Source of the DNA: a virus | Lineage: Duplodnaviria > Caudoviricetes | Direction: 5' to 3' (one strand) | DNA length: 64,000 nucleotides | Virus record (IMG/VR): IMGVR_UViG_3300028805_000037 | Span: 160,001-224,000 of that record | In this document: positions 18,279 to 30,749 of the stretch, one piece after another | Layout: every line of letters begins with the position of its first letter | How positions within the stretch are numbered: the stretch's first letter is position 1 | Notes under the pieces: generated by a model | The model's input: only the letters and a program-made list of their open reading frames with translations | Told to the model about the DNA's origin: nothing | Database searches by the model: none | Program-made: the position numbers and the translations under genes

Positions 18279-19730
18279 ATGAGAGATTTAAATGAAATTA
18301 AAGATAGTTTAGTAAATGAAATATTAGCAAAACAACCTAATGCTGATATTACAGATGGTTCTATGATTAGAGATTTAATGGTAGATCCACAAGCTACTCA
18401 AATTTATTTTCTTGAAGAACAAATTGATTACACAAGATTATTAAGTAGCTTTATTACTAATGCTGAAAAAATAATAAAAGAAGATCTTGATGAAATTGGA
18501 GCTAATTATAATATAGCTAGAGCAAAAGCTATGGCTTCTACTGGAGTTGTTACATTTAGAGCAACTTCTTTACCACAAAATGATATAAGAATTGGTAATC
18601 AAGATGGTACTGGCGGAATTCTTGTACAAACATTAAATATAAATGATGGTAGTGTAATAAGTTTTCTTACAACTGAAACAGTATATTTAAAAACAAACAC
18701 AACTTTTAATAGTGAAAGCGGCTATTATGAAGTATCAGCACCTATACAAGCAACATCCACTGGATTAGAAACTAATGTATCAATTGGTACAATTATTAAA
18801 TTAGGACAAATAATAACTGGCATAGATTCTTGTTATAATTATGTTGCAACAACAGGTGGTACAGATGAAGAAAATAATACAGATTATGCAACTGATATAT
18901 CAGTTGTTATACAAGGTGGTAGTGTTAATACATATAATGCATTATTAAAATTAATAGATCATTATGATGGTGTAATTGATTATAAAATTTATCATCCAAA
19001 TTCTTCTGATTATCCTTCAGAAAGTGGTTATGTATATGTTTATATTAGAGGAAGTCAATTAAGTTCAACAACTGAATCAATGACTTATAGTAATACTTTA
19101 CGTTATTATGGTTTAAAATATAAACCAGTTAATTCTATAATTTCAGTAAATGCTAAAGTTAATAATAATGATACTATATTAAGAAATAATATAGATTATT
19201 ATTTATTTAAAGATATTAATTCAATATACTCATATTCTAATCAAAGTAGTGATGGATTAGAATTTATTATAGATGATGAAAGTAAAAATCCTGATCCAAA
19301 TTCAAGCTTTACAGTAAGTTATACATATAATTCATTAATTACAAATATACAATCAACAATAAATGAAGCAATTAAAGATTTACTTATCTTAGGAAATATT
19401 ATTGTTAAAGAAGCAACTGGAATTAATATTATTATTAATATTGATATAAAATTAAAATATCAATATAATAATATTAATGTACAAAATACAATATTATCTG
19501 ACTTACAAAATTATTTAAATTCTACTGAAATTAATGGTACAATTAAACAATCAACAATATATAATTATATTTTTAATAAATTTAATACATATATTGAAAC
19601 AATAAACTATCCTTTTAATAAATTTAAAAGAGAAGATGATATATATAATTCAGTAGTTGATGAAATAAAATTAAATTATAATGAATTTGTAAATATAAAT
19701 AAATCACAAATAATTATACATTGGAATTAA
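18279..19730 (+). CDS. baseplate J-like wedge protein
   Basis: GSMIRDL, LDEIGANYNIAR, ATTGGTDEE motifs. Confidence 0.9.
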   Translation: MRDLNEIKDSLVNEILAKQPNADITDGSMIRDLMVDPQATQIYFLEEQIDYTRLLSSFITNAEKIIKEDLDEIGANYNIARAKAMASTGVVTFRATSLPQNDIRIGNQDGTGGILVQTLNINDGSVISFLTTETVYLKTNTTFNSESGYYEVSAPIQATSTGLETNVSIGTIIKLGQIITGIDSCYNYVATTGGTDEENNTDYATDISVVIQGGSVNTYNALLKLIDHYDGVIDYKIYHPNSSDYPSESGYVYVYIRGSQLSSTTESMTYSNTLRYYGLKYKPVNSIISVNAKVNNNDTILRNNIDYYLFKDINSIYSYSNQSSDGLEFIIDDESKNPDPNSSFTVSYTYNSLITNIQSTINEAIKDLLILGNIIVKEATGINIIINIDIKLKYQYNNINVQNTILSDLQNYLNSTEINGTIKQSTIYNYIFNKFNTYIETINYPFNKFKREDDIYNSVVDEIKLNYNEFVNINKSQIIIHWN

Positions 19731-19733
19731 ACT

Positions 19734-20903
19734 ATGATATTATGTAAAAATTTATTAGTTTGTCAAATTGATGATTATAATTATTCATTAAGTTGGGAAC
19801 TAAATATAAAACAAATAAAACAATATTTAAAAGAAAATTATAATATAACAAAAATATATAATTTTTATGCATTTATTGATTATATTATTGAAATAGACAA
19901 TGCTGATACGTTTGATAGTATAAATAAAAAATCATATATATTTAAAACACTTGAACATAATGTTGGTAAAATTGTTCAATCATGTATAATACATTTTGAA
20001 CCACAACTTGAAAAAACAAATTTTTATGTAAGAGTAAAAATTATAGATGATAATTATACATTTCTTGTTGATGTAAATAATATAAGACAAAATATAGATG
20101 TACAGTTTAATAATGAATTTGACAAACCTTATAATGTTATAGTAAATAAAAATTATACTTTAGATATAATAAAAGCGATGTATAATGGTATTCCTGATAG
20201 TTATGCTTATAGTAAAGGTGCTTATGATGCAAATTTTTATTATATTTTACAATGTTTTGCAGTTCAAGATAATTATCTTTATAATAAATTAAATAATGTT
20301 AAAAATAATTTCTTCTTATATAAATGTAATCCTAATAATTTAAATGAAAGTTTTGGTGGTATGCTTGGTTTTCAACAACCAACAAATATCACAGATGAAG
20401 AATATAGAAGATTAATTGCACAATTGTTTATATCTTTACAAAATGCTGGAACAGAAAAAAGTATAATAAATGTAATACAATATTTAATTGGTGATGAAGT
20501 TAATATACTTTATTATACCAATTTCTATCCTTGGATTTTAAGAGAGAAAAATTATCAAGAAATACCAGCACAACATAAATGGATTTATGAAAATATAAGT
20601 ATTGATGATCCAAATTCAGGTATAGATGATATTAATATTCCTCCTAATCCAAGTTATATAAATAATTCTTCAAATTATTTTTTATTTAAACAAAATGATT
20701 CACTAGGATTAAATTGGCAATTTGCAAATAGAAAAAATAAAGCTATATTATTAAATAAAAATTTTAAATTATTTAATTTTCAAATATCAAGTGAAAATTT
20801 TTTTAATAATGATATTAATATAAATGCAATAGAACAAATTGTAAATAAATTAAAACCTTTATATACAAAATATTTTTTAAATATAGATGCAATGGAGGAA
20901 TAA
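19734..20903 (+). CDS. baseplate wedge protein (gpI-like)
   Basis: TDEEYRRLI...AGTEKSI, VNKLKPLYT motifs. Confidence 0.7.
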   Translation: MILCKNLLVCQIDDYNYSLSWELNIKQIKQYLKENYNITKIYNFYAFIDYIIEIDNADTFDSINKKSYIFKTLEHNVGKIVQSCIIHFEPQLEKTNFYVRVKIIDDNYTFLVDVNNIRQNIDVQFNNEFDKPYNVIVNKNYTLDIIKAMYNGIPDSYAYSKGAYDANFYYILQCFAVQDNYLYNKLNNVKNNFFLYKCNPNNLNESFGGMLGFQQPTNITDEEYRRLIAQLFISLQNAGTEKSIINVIQYLIGDEVNILYYTNFYPWILREKNYQEIPAQHKWIYENISIDDPNSGIDDINIPPNPSYINNSSNYFLFKQNDSLGLNWQFANRKNKAILLNKNFKLFNFQISSENFFNNDININAIEQIVNKLKPLYTKYFLNIDAMEE

Positions 20904-22427
20904 ATGCCTAATAATGATAAAAATACAACATATCCTGTATTTTCAAATATGTTACCATATTCTGAAGATTTTCAATTAATTGTTGATTCATTAAGAGAAC
21001 AAATGAAATATAGATTAACCGGTGATATGATTTTTACTGGTGGTATCTGCTCTGGTAAACAAATTTATGTTCAATCTGGTAATGAACATGGTTATAATAA
21101 CAATACAATTATGATTTTACCATTTATAGGATATAATATTAATGGTGATAGAATAAGAAATTCTGAAACATTAATAAATTTGGCACCACAATCTAATGGA
21201 CAAATAGTAATAAATGATGAAAATATTGTTAAAAATCGTGAAGATATTCCTTATTGGAGACATTATACAACAAGTTATACACAATTATCTAATATAGATT
21301 CATCTTCAGCAGTAACACAATACAGTTATACTTTTGCTCAATTAAAAGCTGGAAGTATTCTTCAAGGTATAAAATTATTTTTATTACAAAGTTATCAAGA
21401 TATAGGTGACGTATATATGTCTATTGGTATTAATAATGATCTTGAAAAATATTATCCAATAACAAAAATATCTAATGAAGTTTCTAATATTGATATAGGT
21501 ACAGCAAATATGTCATATTCAGAAAATCAAGAAAATGAAACAGATATATTAATCACATTTTATTGTGATAGTGATAAAAATCTTAAAGATTTAATTAGTG
21601 GTAATTTGTCAATAGATTTATTAATAACAGATTTATCAAATATAAATCATAGTGAAGAACAAGATGCACAATCAAGTCAAAAGTTACAACCACAAACTTC
21701 AGCTTCATCTTGGCAAGCAAATACAACTTATTATATAGTTGCAAGATATAAACAATCTTCAAGTGATTTAAGATCAGGCTTTGTTATGAATGATGAAAAT
21801 GGTAATACAGTATCATCTAAACCATTTTATGCAAGAATAACTGATGATGTTGATTATTATGCATTAAGAAAAACTGGTGAAATAATAGATGCAAGTTATG
21901 ATACAGATATAAAATTAGCTGAAGTTATTACTGATACTAATGGCAATGTTTCAAGTGATTCACAAATATATGCAAATGGTTATAGTTCTATTTATAATCG
22001 TTATTATACAGATTATTTAACATTAAATCAAGATGTTTTACCATCTGAATTAAATAAATATGCTAGTAAAATTTATCAAGATGTTACTATAATTAATGAA
22101 GATAGTGATGGTAATGTAATAATTCCACTAAATGATAATTATGATGTATATGAATATCGTGCAACAAGAAATCCAGTTAAAATATCTATAAATATTGATA
22201 ATATAAATGTAGCTTTACCAAATTATATTACATTTGAATTTACTATTAATATGCAAGAAACATTATATACTATTAATTCTAGTTCTTTTGATAGTAATAT
22301 AAAATGGTTAGATAATACTGTTCCTGAATTTAATTCTACTGGTGTATATTATATGACTTTTAGAAGTAGAGATGCTGGACAAACATGGATAGCTAACTTC
22401 GAAGGTAAAGAAGTTACAAATATATAA
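20904..22427 (+). CDS. tail fibre/baseplate-attachment protein
   Basis: Last gene of the tail operon; C-terminal IKWLDNTVP...DAGQTW typical of fibre termini. Confidence 0.6.
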   Translation: MPNNDKNTTYPVFSNMLPYSEDFQLIVDSLREQMKYRLTGDMIFTGGICSGKQIYVQSGNEHGYNNNTIMILPFIGYNINGDRIRNSETLINLAPQSNGQIVINDENIVKNREDIPYWRHYTTSYTQLSNIDSSSAVTQYSYTFAQLKAGSILQGIKLFLLQSYQDIGDVYMSIGINNDLEKYYPITKISNEVSNIDIGTANMSYSENQENETDILITFYCDSDKNLKDLISGNLSIDLLITDLSNINHSEEQDAQSSQKLQPQTSASSWQANTTYYIVARYKQSSSDLRSGFVMNDENGNTVSSKPFYARITDDVDYYALRKTGEIIDASYDTDIKLAEVITDTNGNVSSDSQIYANGYSSIYNRYYTDYLTLNQDVLPSELNKYASKIYQDVTIINEDSDGNVIIPLNDNYDVYEYRATRNPVKISINIDNINVALPNYITFEFTINMQETLYTINSSSFDSNIKWLDNTVPEFNSTGVYYMTFRSRDAGQTWIANFEGKEVTNI

Positions 22428-22448
22428 AAATATATAAACATCAAAAAT

Positions 22449-22486
22449 AATTAAACCTGAGTTAACAGAATAACTCAGGTTTAATT
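22449..22486. terminator. bidirectional intrinsic terminator
   Basis: 16-bp perfect inverted repeat AATTAAACCTGAGTTA/TAACTCAGGTTTAATT between convergent units. Confidence 0.85.
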
Positions 22487-23122
22487 TTAATTGTTAGGAT
22501 ATGTATTCATTTCAAATAATCTATTCTTATTTATAACATTAAGATTAAGTGATTTCATTTCAATTGATTTTACTATAGATGTTAAATCATCAACTATTTT
22601 TTGCTGTTCTCTTATTGCATTCTGCCAATCTTGATAATCTTTTTTTCTATATTTAATTATTAATCTTAATTCTTTATTTTGAGTGCTATATTGAGCGCGT
22701 ATATCTTTTACCATTTTAGGATCCAATATATTTTTTGTTAAATCTTCATCAAGTTGCATAAAAGTTTCATTATACCAAATTGTATAGCCATCTTCAAGTA
22801 TTGATAACTTTTTTACTGCATCATTTTTTCTAAAACACCAATAGGAATATATATAATTTACTTCGGCAATTTGTTCTTCAAGATCACCATTATAAATATC
22901 ATCAATTAATTTTATATCATTAATTATTGAGCGTTCTTCACGAAAATCAAAATTATTTAATTCAAAATAAGTTATTGGTATATTTTTAAATGTTTGTAAT
23001 TTATTTTTAACATCAATAGCATTATCATATACATTTTCAACAATATAATTTTTATTAAGTATTAACATTCTTTCAAAATTATCATTTTTTACACATTTTA
23101 CAATATCGCCAACTTTAAACAT
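22487..23122 (-). CDS. hypothetical protein (N-terminal SH3-like, C-terminal coiled coil; UvsY-like possible)
   Basis: MFKVGDIVKC start; helical C-terminal half; GGAG RBS. Confidence 0.55.
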   Translation of the reverse strand: MFKVGDIVKCVKNDNFERMLILNKNYIVENVYDNAIDVKNKLQTFKNIPITYFELNNFDFREERSIINDIKLIDDIYNGDLEEQIAEVNYIYSYWCFRKNDAVKKLSILEDGYTIWYNETFMQLDEDLTKNILDPKMVKDIRAQYSTQNKELRLIIKYRKKDYQDWQNAIREQQKIVDDLTSIVKSIEMKSLNLNVINKNRLFEMNTYPNN

Positions 23123-23157
23123 TTTTCTTCTCCTTAATATTAATATATTATATAAAA

Positions 23158-23385
23158 TTATTTCTTTTTAGCTTTAGCTTCTGCAATAAATCTTGTTATT
23201 GTTTCATGATCTTGATCACAGCTAAACGAAGTTTTATTTTTTAAATATACTCTATAGTCTGTCCAAGCTGCAATTTCACTAATTCTAATACTAATTTTAA
23301 CAATATGAGTAAATCAACTAGTTCTAAATATTCCAGTTTTTACTTCATGTTCCTCTTTTCTTGTTACTGTAATAAATTCTTCCAT
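23158..23385 (-). pseudogene. small gene with an in-frame TGA
   Basis: MEEFITV...FRTS*FTHIVK...AKAKKK; stop at 23314-23316. Confidence 0.55.
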
Positions 23386-23840
23386 TAGCCTCTCCTATTA
23401 TAAAATTTAAAATATTCTTTTACTATACCTTCAAGATTATCTGCAAGATAACCAATTTTACAAACATAAACTGGATATTTTTCATTTAAAACTGATATTT
23501 GTAACCATCTTTCCCAATTAACATTAACATTTTCAATAAACTCTTTTGTATTGCCACGTTTTTTGTAATTTTCAATAAACTCTTCTTTTCTATCAATTGA
23601 AGGTATGACATAAATAAAGTTTAATTTTTCATCTAACATAGCATTACGAACTTCAATATGAGATGATGTTAAAATTATAAATTTTTTTGGTATCATCTTT
23701 TTAATGTGTTCAATATAATTTTTTGGAAAATCTTTCTTTTCAAATTTTGATGAATCTGAATCTGATAAATGTGCTTTATTAGACATCTCAAAAAGTTTAC
23801 TTTTACCAATTCCCGGAAATCCTGAAATAATCATAGCCAT
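23385..23840 (-). CDS. small P-loop NTPase/kinase-like protein
   Basis: IISGFPGIGKS Walker A, DSDSS. Confidence 0.8.
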   Translation of the reverse strand: MAMIISGFPGIGKSKLFEMSNKAHLSDSDSSKFEKKDFPKNYIEHIKKMIPKKFIILTSSHIEVRNAMLDEKLNFIYVIPSIDRKEEFIENYKKRGNTKEFIENVNVNWERWLQISVLNEKYPVYVCKIGYLADNLEGIVKEYFKFYNRRG

Positions 23841-23848
23841 AATATCTC

Positions 23849-24262
23849 CTATTTTAAGTTTTTATGTAAAATTTTCCCTAATTTGTGCCATCTTTCACTT
23901 TCTTCTTTATATGTATTTCTAAACCAAATATCATAGAGAATTTCACTTAATTTTCTATTATCTTGAACACGATTACCTGGTTCAATTTGAACATAATTAT
24001 CACAAGTAAATGGATTCCAAGTAGGAAAATCTATTTCTATATTAAAACCAAATTTTTCATTTTTTTGTTTATAATAAGATGTCCATTCTTGTGGATCTGT
24101 ATAAGAAATTATTTTTATATATTTTCTAAATCCAAAAATATTTCTTTTATTGAAATAAAGTTTAAACAACCAATAACTACCAGCAGATGTATAAACATCT
24201 GTAATAAATCTTATTTTATCTTTATTTTCTATTATACAACCTGTAATTGATGTTCCTAACAT
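23849..24262 (-). CDS. hypothetical protein
   Basis: ORF in a tightly packed - strand operon. Confidence 0.6.
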   Translation of the reverse strand: MLGTSITGCIIENKDKIRFITDVYTSAGSYWLFKLYFNKRNIFGFRKYIKIISYTDPQEWTSYYKQKNEKFGFNIEIDFPTWNPFTCDNYVQIEPGNRVQDNRKLSEILYDIWFRNTYKEESERWHKLGKILHKNLK

Positions 24263-24263
24263 T

Positions 24264-24482
24264 TTATTCTGCTCTCTTCTTTATCAATAATTTATATTCT
24301 TCTTCTTTAATTTTTTCAATATTTTTTATATAATAACTTTCAGATTGAATTACTGTATTCTTTACTTTAAAAGTTATATATTCACCTTCATTTAATGTTG
24401 AAATTACAACACAAAATTGTAATGCTATACCAGCTATTATCCCGATAAATCCAAATATAATTGCACACCAAAATTCTTCCAT
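24264..24482 (-). CDS. small membrane protein
   Basis: N-terminal hydrophobic helix; AGGAGG RBS. Confidence 0.6.
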   Translation of the reverse strand: MEEFWCAIIFGFIGIIAGIALQFCVVISTLNEGEYITFKVKNTVIQSESYYIKNIEKIKEEEYKLLIKKRAE

Positions 24483-24560
24483 TATTTATCCTCCTTTCAT
24501 TACCATTTAAACATTTCTTATAATATACATAAACTATTATATTTAGCCATTTATTTCTCT

Positions 24561-24857
24561 TTATTCGAATTCAGGTTCACAACCCTTATCTTTACCTTTA
24601 TATTCTCTTACTATTTTATTGTCTGATTTAGATATACAATCTTGTATCGTTTCACCATAAGGAATTTTTAAAAGGTTTATTAAATTTTTTATAAATCTTT
24701 TATTTTGTCTTTTTCTTTTCTCACTCATGTTCATTATCTGTCTATTTCTTTTTCTGGATAATTTAGGTATTCTGTTTCTGTTCTTCTTATAGAAGATTTG
24801 TTTCTTTTTTCTAATAATGTTACCATCATTATCAAGATATATTGGCATTAATTTCAT
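24561..24857 (-). CDS. basic hypothetical protein
   Basis: GGAGGA RBS, operon context. Confidence 0.55.
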   Translation of the reverse strand: MKLMPIYLDNDGNIIRKKKQIFYKKNRNRIPKLSRKRNRQIMNMSEKRKRQNKRFIKNLINLLKIPYGETIQDCISKSDNKIVREYKGKDKGCEPEFE

Positions 24858-24915
24858 TATTCCTCCCTAATTATTTTTGTTCCACATGTTACCACTACAC
24901 CACTTCCGAAATTAT

Positions 24916-25296
24916 TTACCATTTAAATATTTCTTGATAAGGTAAATCACAACTACATACTCCACCACCTGATGGATTATTTTTAAAATTATTTGGACAA
25001 TTTTTACAGCATTCAAATGGTGGCTCAAGCTTATCAAGTACTGTATTTCTTTGTGCATTATAAAAACTTTGATAATCTTTTATCTTTACTGCCCTCCCAT
25101 CACAAGGTGTTTCCTCTTGAGTTTTATTATCATAATTCAAATGTAAATCTAAATCACTATCACCTTTATAAACTTTATGTTCATTTGGATCATATTCATT
25201 CATTTTTATAAACCATTCTAACTTATCTATTTTCTTTCTAAGTTCCTTTACTTCTTCTTTCATTTTATTTATTTCTTCTTGAGAAAGTTTAAACAT
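24916..25296 (-). CDS. hypothetical protein with a Cys-rich C-terminus
   Basis: CCKNCPNN...CSCDLP. Confidence 0.6.
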   Translation of the reverse strand: MFKLSQEEINKMKEEVKELRKKIDKLEWFIKMNEYDPNEHKVYKGDSDLDLHLNYDNKTQEETPCDGRAVKIKDYQSFYNAQRNTVLDKLEPPFECCKNCPNNFKNNPSGGGVCSCDLPYQEIFKW

Positions 25297-27039
25297 AAAT
25301 ACCTCTTTTTGCTAAATTTTTTTCCACTTCTTTTGTATATTTTTCAGCAGCATCTATATTATCAAAGCTCTTATTTAGTGTTTCAAATGTAGGAAAAATT
25401 TTAAATTTTTCATCTATATAACTTATTTTTACGGTTATAGTTTCTTTTTCAAGTTTAAACATTTTATTTCTCCTATATAAATATTTATAAATTTTAAAGA
25501 ATAGGTATTTTTTCATCTTCTACATCAAAATTAGAAAATATAAAAAGTTTATTTAAATCTATTTTTAAAACAATAGAATGACTTTCAGTATTGAAACAAA
25601 CAAAATCTTCTTTGGCTAATTTTTTTATATATTCATGATTTACACTATATCCTTGTATAAAAGATAGAAATTGTTCTTTAATTTTTTGTTTTAACGAAAA
25701 ACTCCACATTTGCATGTAATATTTCTTATTCATATTATATATAAAATTTTTAATAGCTATTATAATTTCTTTGTTTTTCATTTTATTCTCCTTTTATTTT
25801 ATATTTTCAGGTATAAACCTATCTCCATATTCCATTATAAAATTTTTATCTTTATCTTGATCCAAACCATCTCCTACACCAATCCTAAACTTTATTTCTT
25901 CTTCTTCATTTTTATACTTTACAATACCTATACATTTGCCATCACAAGTATTATACCACCAAGTATTAATTATTTTTGACATTTTATTTCTCCTATGCAT
26001 CTTTTATTATAAAATCTACATAAATAAATCCATCTGCATTTCCACTAAAATGATATTCTTCATGTAATTCTTTTAATTCATTATTATATGATTTGAATTT
26101 TAATATTAAATCCGCAAAAAATTCTATATATCCATCTATATCGAAGTATCTGCCATGAATAAGTTTTATCATATGCCAACTTATAAATTGTGCAAATTCG
26201 AGTGCAGGATGTTCTTTATTAATATCCCATCTATCTTTTATAATGTCATCATATTTATAAGAAACTTCAAAATCTAAAAATTTATAATAATAACCATCTT
26301 GATCAACTTGTTTGACTTGAAATTTTGGACTATATTTCACATTTTTATTTTGCATTTTATAACTTATACTTAAACCAGATAAATTTTCTTTTTTATTCAA
26401 ATCCAATGATTTTTGTTCAAAACCAAAATCACCATCAGTAAAGATTTTAGTACTTTTTATTTTAAAAACTATTACTTTTTTCATCCATTTTCTCCTTAAT
26501 TAACCATGGACATTTAAAATTTTTATCTCCTGGATATTTATATTCATCATCTATTAAACAATAAAAATTTTGTCCATATTCATCTATATATTTTATACAA
26601 TTACTACAACATTTACAAATACCAATTATAATATCAGATTTATAAATTTTAGTTATTTTTATCTCCTTCATTTTATTTCATCCTCTATTATATCTTCACT
26701 AAGTGAAGGTTCAATATATATAATTATTATTTTATTTGATGCTACTTTAATATCAATAATATCTTTTTCACTTGTGAATTTATTTATTTCTTTTTCAGAA
26801 CGACCGTCATAAAACATTTTAACTTTGCAATTCTTATACCATCCTTCACCATTATTATAATTCATACCACCTAAAACTTTTTCTTGCTGTTTCTCTTTTT
26901 CTATTTTATATTCTTTTTTTACTGATTCTTTTCCCTTATTATAAAAATACTTTATACAAGCATCAAGCAATGTATTTACTATTATAAAAGTTATTAAAAA
27001 ACCAAGGCAAATAATTACTAATTTTGTTGTTTGTTTCAT
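25289..27039 (-). other. run of six small overlapping hypothetical genes (25289-25516, 25494-25781, 25794-26000, 25993-26484, 26462-26671, 26668-27039)
   Basis: Translationally coupled ORFs with GGAG RBSs; no recognisable families. Confidence 0.55.
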
Positions 27040-27048
27040 TTATTTTTC

Positions 27049-27303
27049 CTAATTATATTTTAATTTTGTATTATCATTTGTTGAACTATCTTGACTAATA
27101 TTATATTGTAAAATTGGTACATATGATTTTTATAAATCTGCAGGTGAAATCATTCCAATTTGATATATTCTTGGTCCAACATTTTGTTGCTCATAAAACT
27201 CTAAACGTTGTTTCAATATACTTAAAGTTTTTTCAAGTTCTTTTATTTGCTTTTTTAAATTTTCTAATTCTTCATCAGTTATTGGTTCAAATAAATTACC
27301 CAT
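27049..27303 (-). pseudogene. small gene with an internal in-frame TAA
   Basis: MGNLFEPITDEELENLKKQ...SPADL*KSYVPILQ...KYN; preceded by the TTTTATATAATATAT promoter motif. Confidence 0.45.
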
Positions 27304-27367
27304 ATTTTAATTCTATATATTTTTATAATATATTATATAAAAATTTTTAATTTTTTGTCTTACCATA

Positions 27368-27901
27368 TCATTTCTCAACTCTAATCTCACATTTAGGACT
27401 ATTTTCTGATGTTCGTTCAGTTTCTTCTTGTTTTAATTTTTTATCAAATTTTTTCTGTAATTCTGGTAATGCTTTTTCCGCATCTTCTTTAGTTTTAAAA
27501 ATCCTAAAGAACTCACTATTATATAGTCTATCAGTAAAATAATAACCCATTTGATTTTCTTTTGGATAACTGAGGTAAATTTCAACATTGTTTTTTATAG
27601 AATCATTAATTTCGATTTTTTTAATTCTAAACTTTTGAATAGTAAGTGTTCCACGTACTTTATCGTAATCATTCTTAAAACCTCTTCCCCAACATTTTGG
27701 GCAACTAATTGTTTTACCTGTTGTAGTTGTTATCTTACCAGTTGTTTCGCATAGGTCACAAGGTATAGTATATGAATTTTTATCAACATCACATTCTCTA
27801 ACTACTACATAAACTTCTTCATTAATTTCAAATGGTATTTCTCTTACTTTCATTATTTCTTTTGCTTTCATTTTATTATCTCCTTTTATTTTTCTAAACA
27901 T
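27368..27901 (-). CDS. protein with a DnaJ-type zinc finger (CxxCxxxG repeats)
   Basis: CDLCETTG ... CPKCWGRG. Confidence 0.7.
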   Translation of the reverse strand: MFRKIKGDNKMKAKEIMKVREIPFEINEEVYVVVRECDVDKNSYTIPCDLCETTGKITTTTGKTISCPKCWGRGFKNDYDKVRGTLTIQKFRIKKIEINDSIKNNVEIYLSYPKENQMGYYFTDRLYNSEFFRIFKTKEDAEKALPELQKKFDKKLKQEETERTSENSPKCEIRVEK

Positions 27902-30445
27902 TTAATTTCTTGAGAATTTAAATATTGCCAAATAATATTATCAAAATTATGTTTTCTTTTAAATTGTATATCCCTTCTTTGTTTTCTATTTAATTTCTTA
28001 GGAACATCAGTATTAGGAACACCAAAAGTAGATGTATCATTTTCATAAGTAAAATTATCTTTAAATGTACTAGTATCTTTATCCATTATCCCTCCATTTT
28101 TATATTTTTCAATTTTTTTCTTGTAATATTCTTTGTACTTTTATTCTATGAAATAATTCATCATTATTAACTACATAAGCAAAAATAAACTCTTCTGTTT
28201 TTTCTATTTTCTTTAAATTCTTTAAGTTCTTTAATGGCTTTATATTAATGTTATTTAATGTATGGTGAAATTTTTCATAATTTTCAGGTTTTATTTTTAT
28301 ATTCATCACTTTTTTATATTTAGTAATTTCAGCTTGATATTGTAAAATTTGTTTTGTGTTGTCATTAATTCTACTTTGGAAATAACCAATGCCATAATAA
28401 AGTTCTTTTATTTTATCTTCTAAATCTTTTTTATTATTATATATTGAATAACATTTTCTATAATTTTCTCTATTAGTAGGATTATCGTAATATTTATTTT
28501 TCTTAATCCAATCAAAATATACTCTTATATATGGCGTTAGATTTGCTGTTTCTTCTTTTTCATATTTATCAAGTTTTTGCCAATCAATATCATACTTTAT
28601 TTTTTCTTTTGTCATTTTATTCCCTCCAATCATCATATATTTCTATTTCTAATTGATATGGTAATCTATTATCATACGGTAAACTTGTAATCAAATCTAT
28701 ATTTTCTAAATCTCTTTGTAATAATACTAATTCTTCTAAATTACTTAATTCTATACAATCATCTTCATCAATTTTATATTTTTTTAAAATTGGATAATGT
28801 TTTTGTACATCAGAATGCCCTGTTGATGTTATTTTTATTTTCATTTTATCCTCCTGAATATTTTTAACCAAAATCTAATTAATTTATCGTATTCACAATT
28901 TGCCCATATTATTTCACTTATATCTTCACCAAGCCATATATCAATGAAATACTTTTTAGTATGCATATTTATAATTGGACATAATTCACATTTGTTACTT
29001 ATTTTCCTTAATAATCTACAAGGTAAACAATTAATTACTTTTTTTAATTTTCTTTTTAAATTTCTAAATTGTTGTTTTCTTCGTTTTTTCTCATCTTGAT
29101 AATTCATGAATTTAATTGTTGTTAAACCTTTACTTATACCTTTTGCTTTTTGTTGTGGTGTATTCATATTATTTCCCTATATTAATTATTCCTGGTTTAT
29201 GATTTAAGTTACTTAATTCTTTATGTATATTACTTAAATTTATATTTAACACCATTAAACTTCCTATAACAAATCCAATTAAAATTATAAATATTATCTC
29301 TTTAAAATTCATTGGCTTCCTCCAACTCATTTAGTTCTTGCTCTGCTTTATGTTTGATTTCTAAACATTTATCTAAATCTATATTAACATCATCATCTCT
29401 ATAAGTTAATAAATATGCAATTCTATGTATTTGTCTATCCATAATACTTCTCAACCTTTCAATATTTTCTTGTTTTGTTCCCATTAGATTACTCCTAAAA
29501 TAATAAGTGTTCGCACCATATTCTATTAAACATATTCATAGATATAGCTTTTCTACAATTACTCCAACACTTACAATCTCTACAAAAATTTCTCATTTCT
29601 AATACATCTTGTTTTCTTGCTTCATAATTTCTTTTAGTAGCTTCTTGTTGGGTAATGTATTCACTACCATACCAAACATATTTAGTTTCCATATTCCAAC
29701 TCCATTTCACAATATTGTATGAATTCTATTTTTGCATCTAATCGAGTTAATAATGGTTTTAATCTTTTAAATCCCTTTTTATCTACATCATAATTTTTTA
29801 TTTTGTTTAAAATATCTCTAGCTGTATTCTCACTTTTAACTTTCATTTCTTTATAATCTTTCTTGCTAAATATTGCCATTTCTTGTATTACACTCCTTTT
29901 CTGCTTGTTCTTTGGTTGCGAAACAATTTTCTTCTGCAACACAATCAGTATCATTTGCCCATTGTAAATCATGTATACTACAATTGATTTTAATAGTATT
30001 ATTGTATTCAACATAACAAGTTATATAATAAATTTTCATCTTTTTTATAAAATATTTTTTCTCATTTGTATTATAGTAAATGACATAAACTTTATCTCCA
30101 ACATTAAACTTAGTTCTTATTTCCATTATTCCTCCTTTGACATTCATTTCTTGCTTATTTTTCTGTTCTAAATATATTATTTTCAAGTATATCATCTAAG
30201 CAATCTAATTTATATCTTAATGTACATAAAAATTTAGTCCATACTATAACAACTGCTGTTATTTCTGCTTTGCCACTATAAATCCATTTTACACCATTTT
30301 CATCTTCAACAGATTCAATTACATGAATTATTTGACCAACCTTAAATTTAGTTCCAAGTTTTTCTTTATAATATTGTTGTAGATCTTTACCATTTATTTT
30401 AATTTTAAATTTATTTAAATCTACTTTACCTAATTGTTTATTCAT
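27886..30445 (-). other. cluster of small hypothetical genes (27886-28086, 28109-28636, 28617-28871, 28841-29167, 29302-29484, 29495-29710, 29682-~29879, 29866-~30126, 30155-30445)
   Basis: Coupled ORFs with RBSs; two carry TKFxVG YopX/SH3-like starts. Confidence 0.55.
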
Positions 30446-30647
30446 TTTTTATCCCTAATATTTTATCTATAATTAAACATAAATCTGATATACTTTCTAT
30501 TTTTGTATCTAATGATATACATTCGACTTTATTTTCTGCGATTACAAATGATAATTTTAATTCCCCTAAATTATCTGAAATTCATATATAACATCTATCT
30601 TTTACTGATCTATCATCAATTTCAATTCTATTATTGTTTTTATATAT
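30438..30647 (-). pseudogene. 3' part of a gene split by the tnpB insertion, also carrying an in-frame TGA
   Basis: IYKNNNRIEIDD...CYI*ISDN...GIKNE; candidate 5' part MKNIK at 31967-31953. Confidence 0.5.
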
Positions 30648-30749
30648 TAAAAAACTATTAAAAATCATTAAATTTAATTTTATAATATATTATATAAAAT
30701 TTTTATCTTAATTTAAATTTAAAAATTATAAAGGAAATATTTATATATA

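Noticed and set aside
5660-22427. Bacterial contractile injection system or tailocin
   Set aside because: Terminase and a complete phage replication module are in the same window, and there are no host housekeeping genes.
23158-30647. TGA recoding (genetic code 4/25), suggested by in-frame TGA at 23314 and 30582
   Set aside because: Long genes are intact in code 11 and use TGG for Trp; TGA serves as stop in ATGA overlaps (43742, 52013, 26668); another small gene has an in-frame TAA. Ordinary pseudogenisation fits better.
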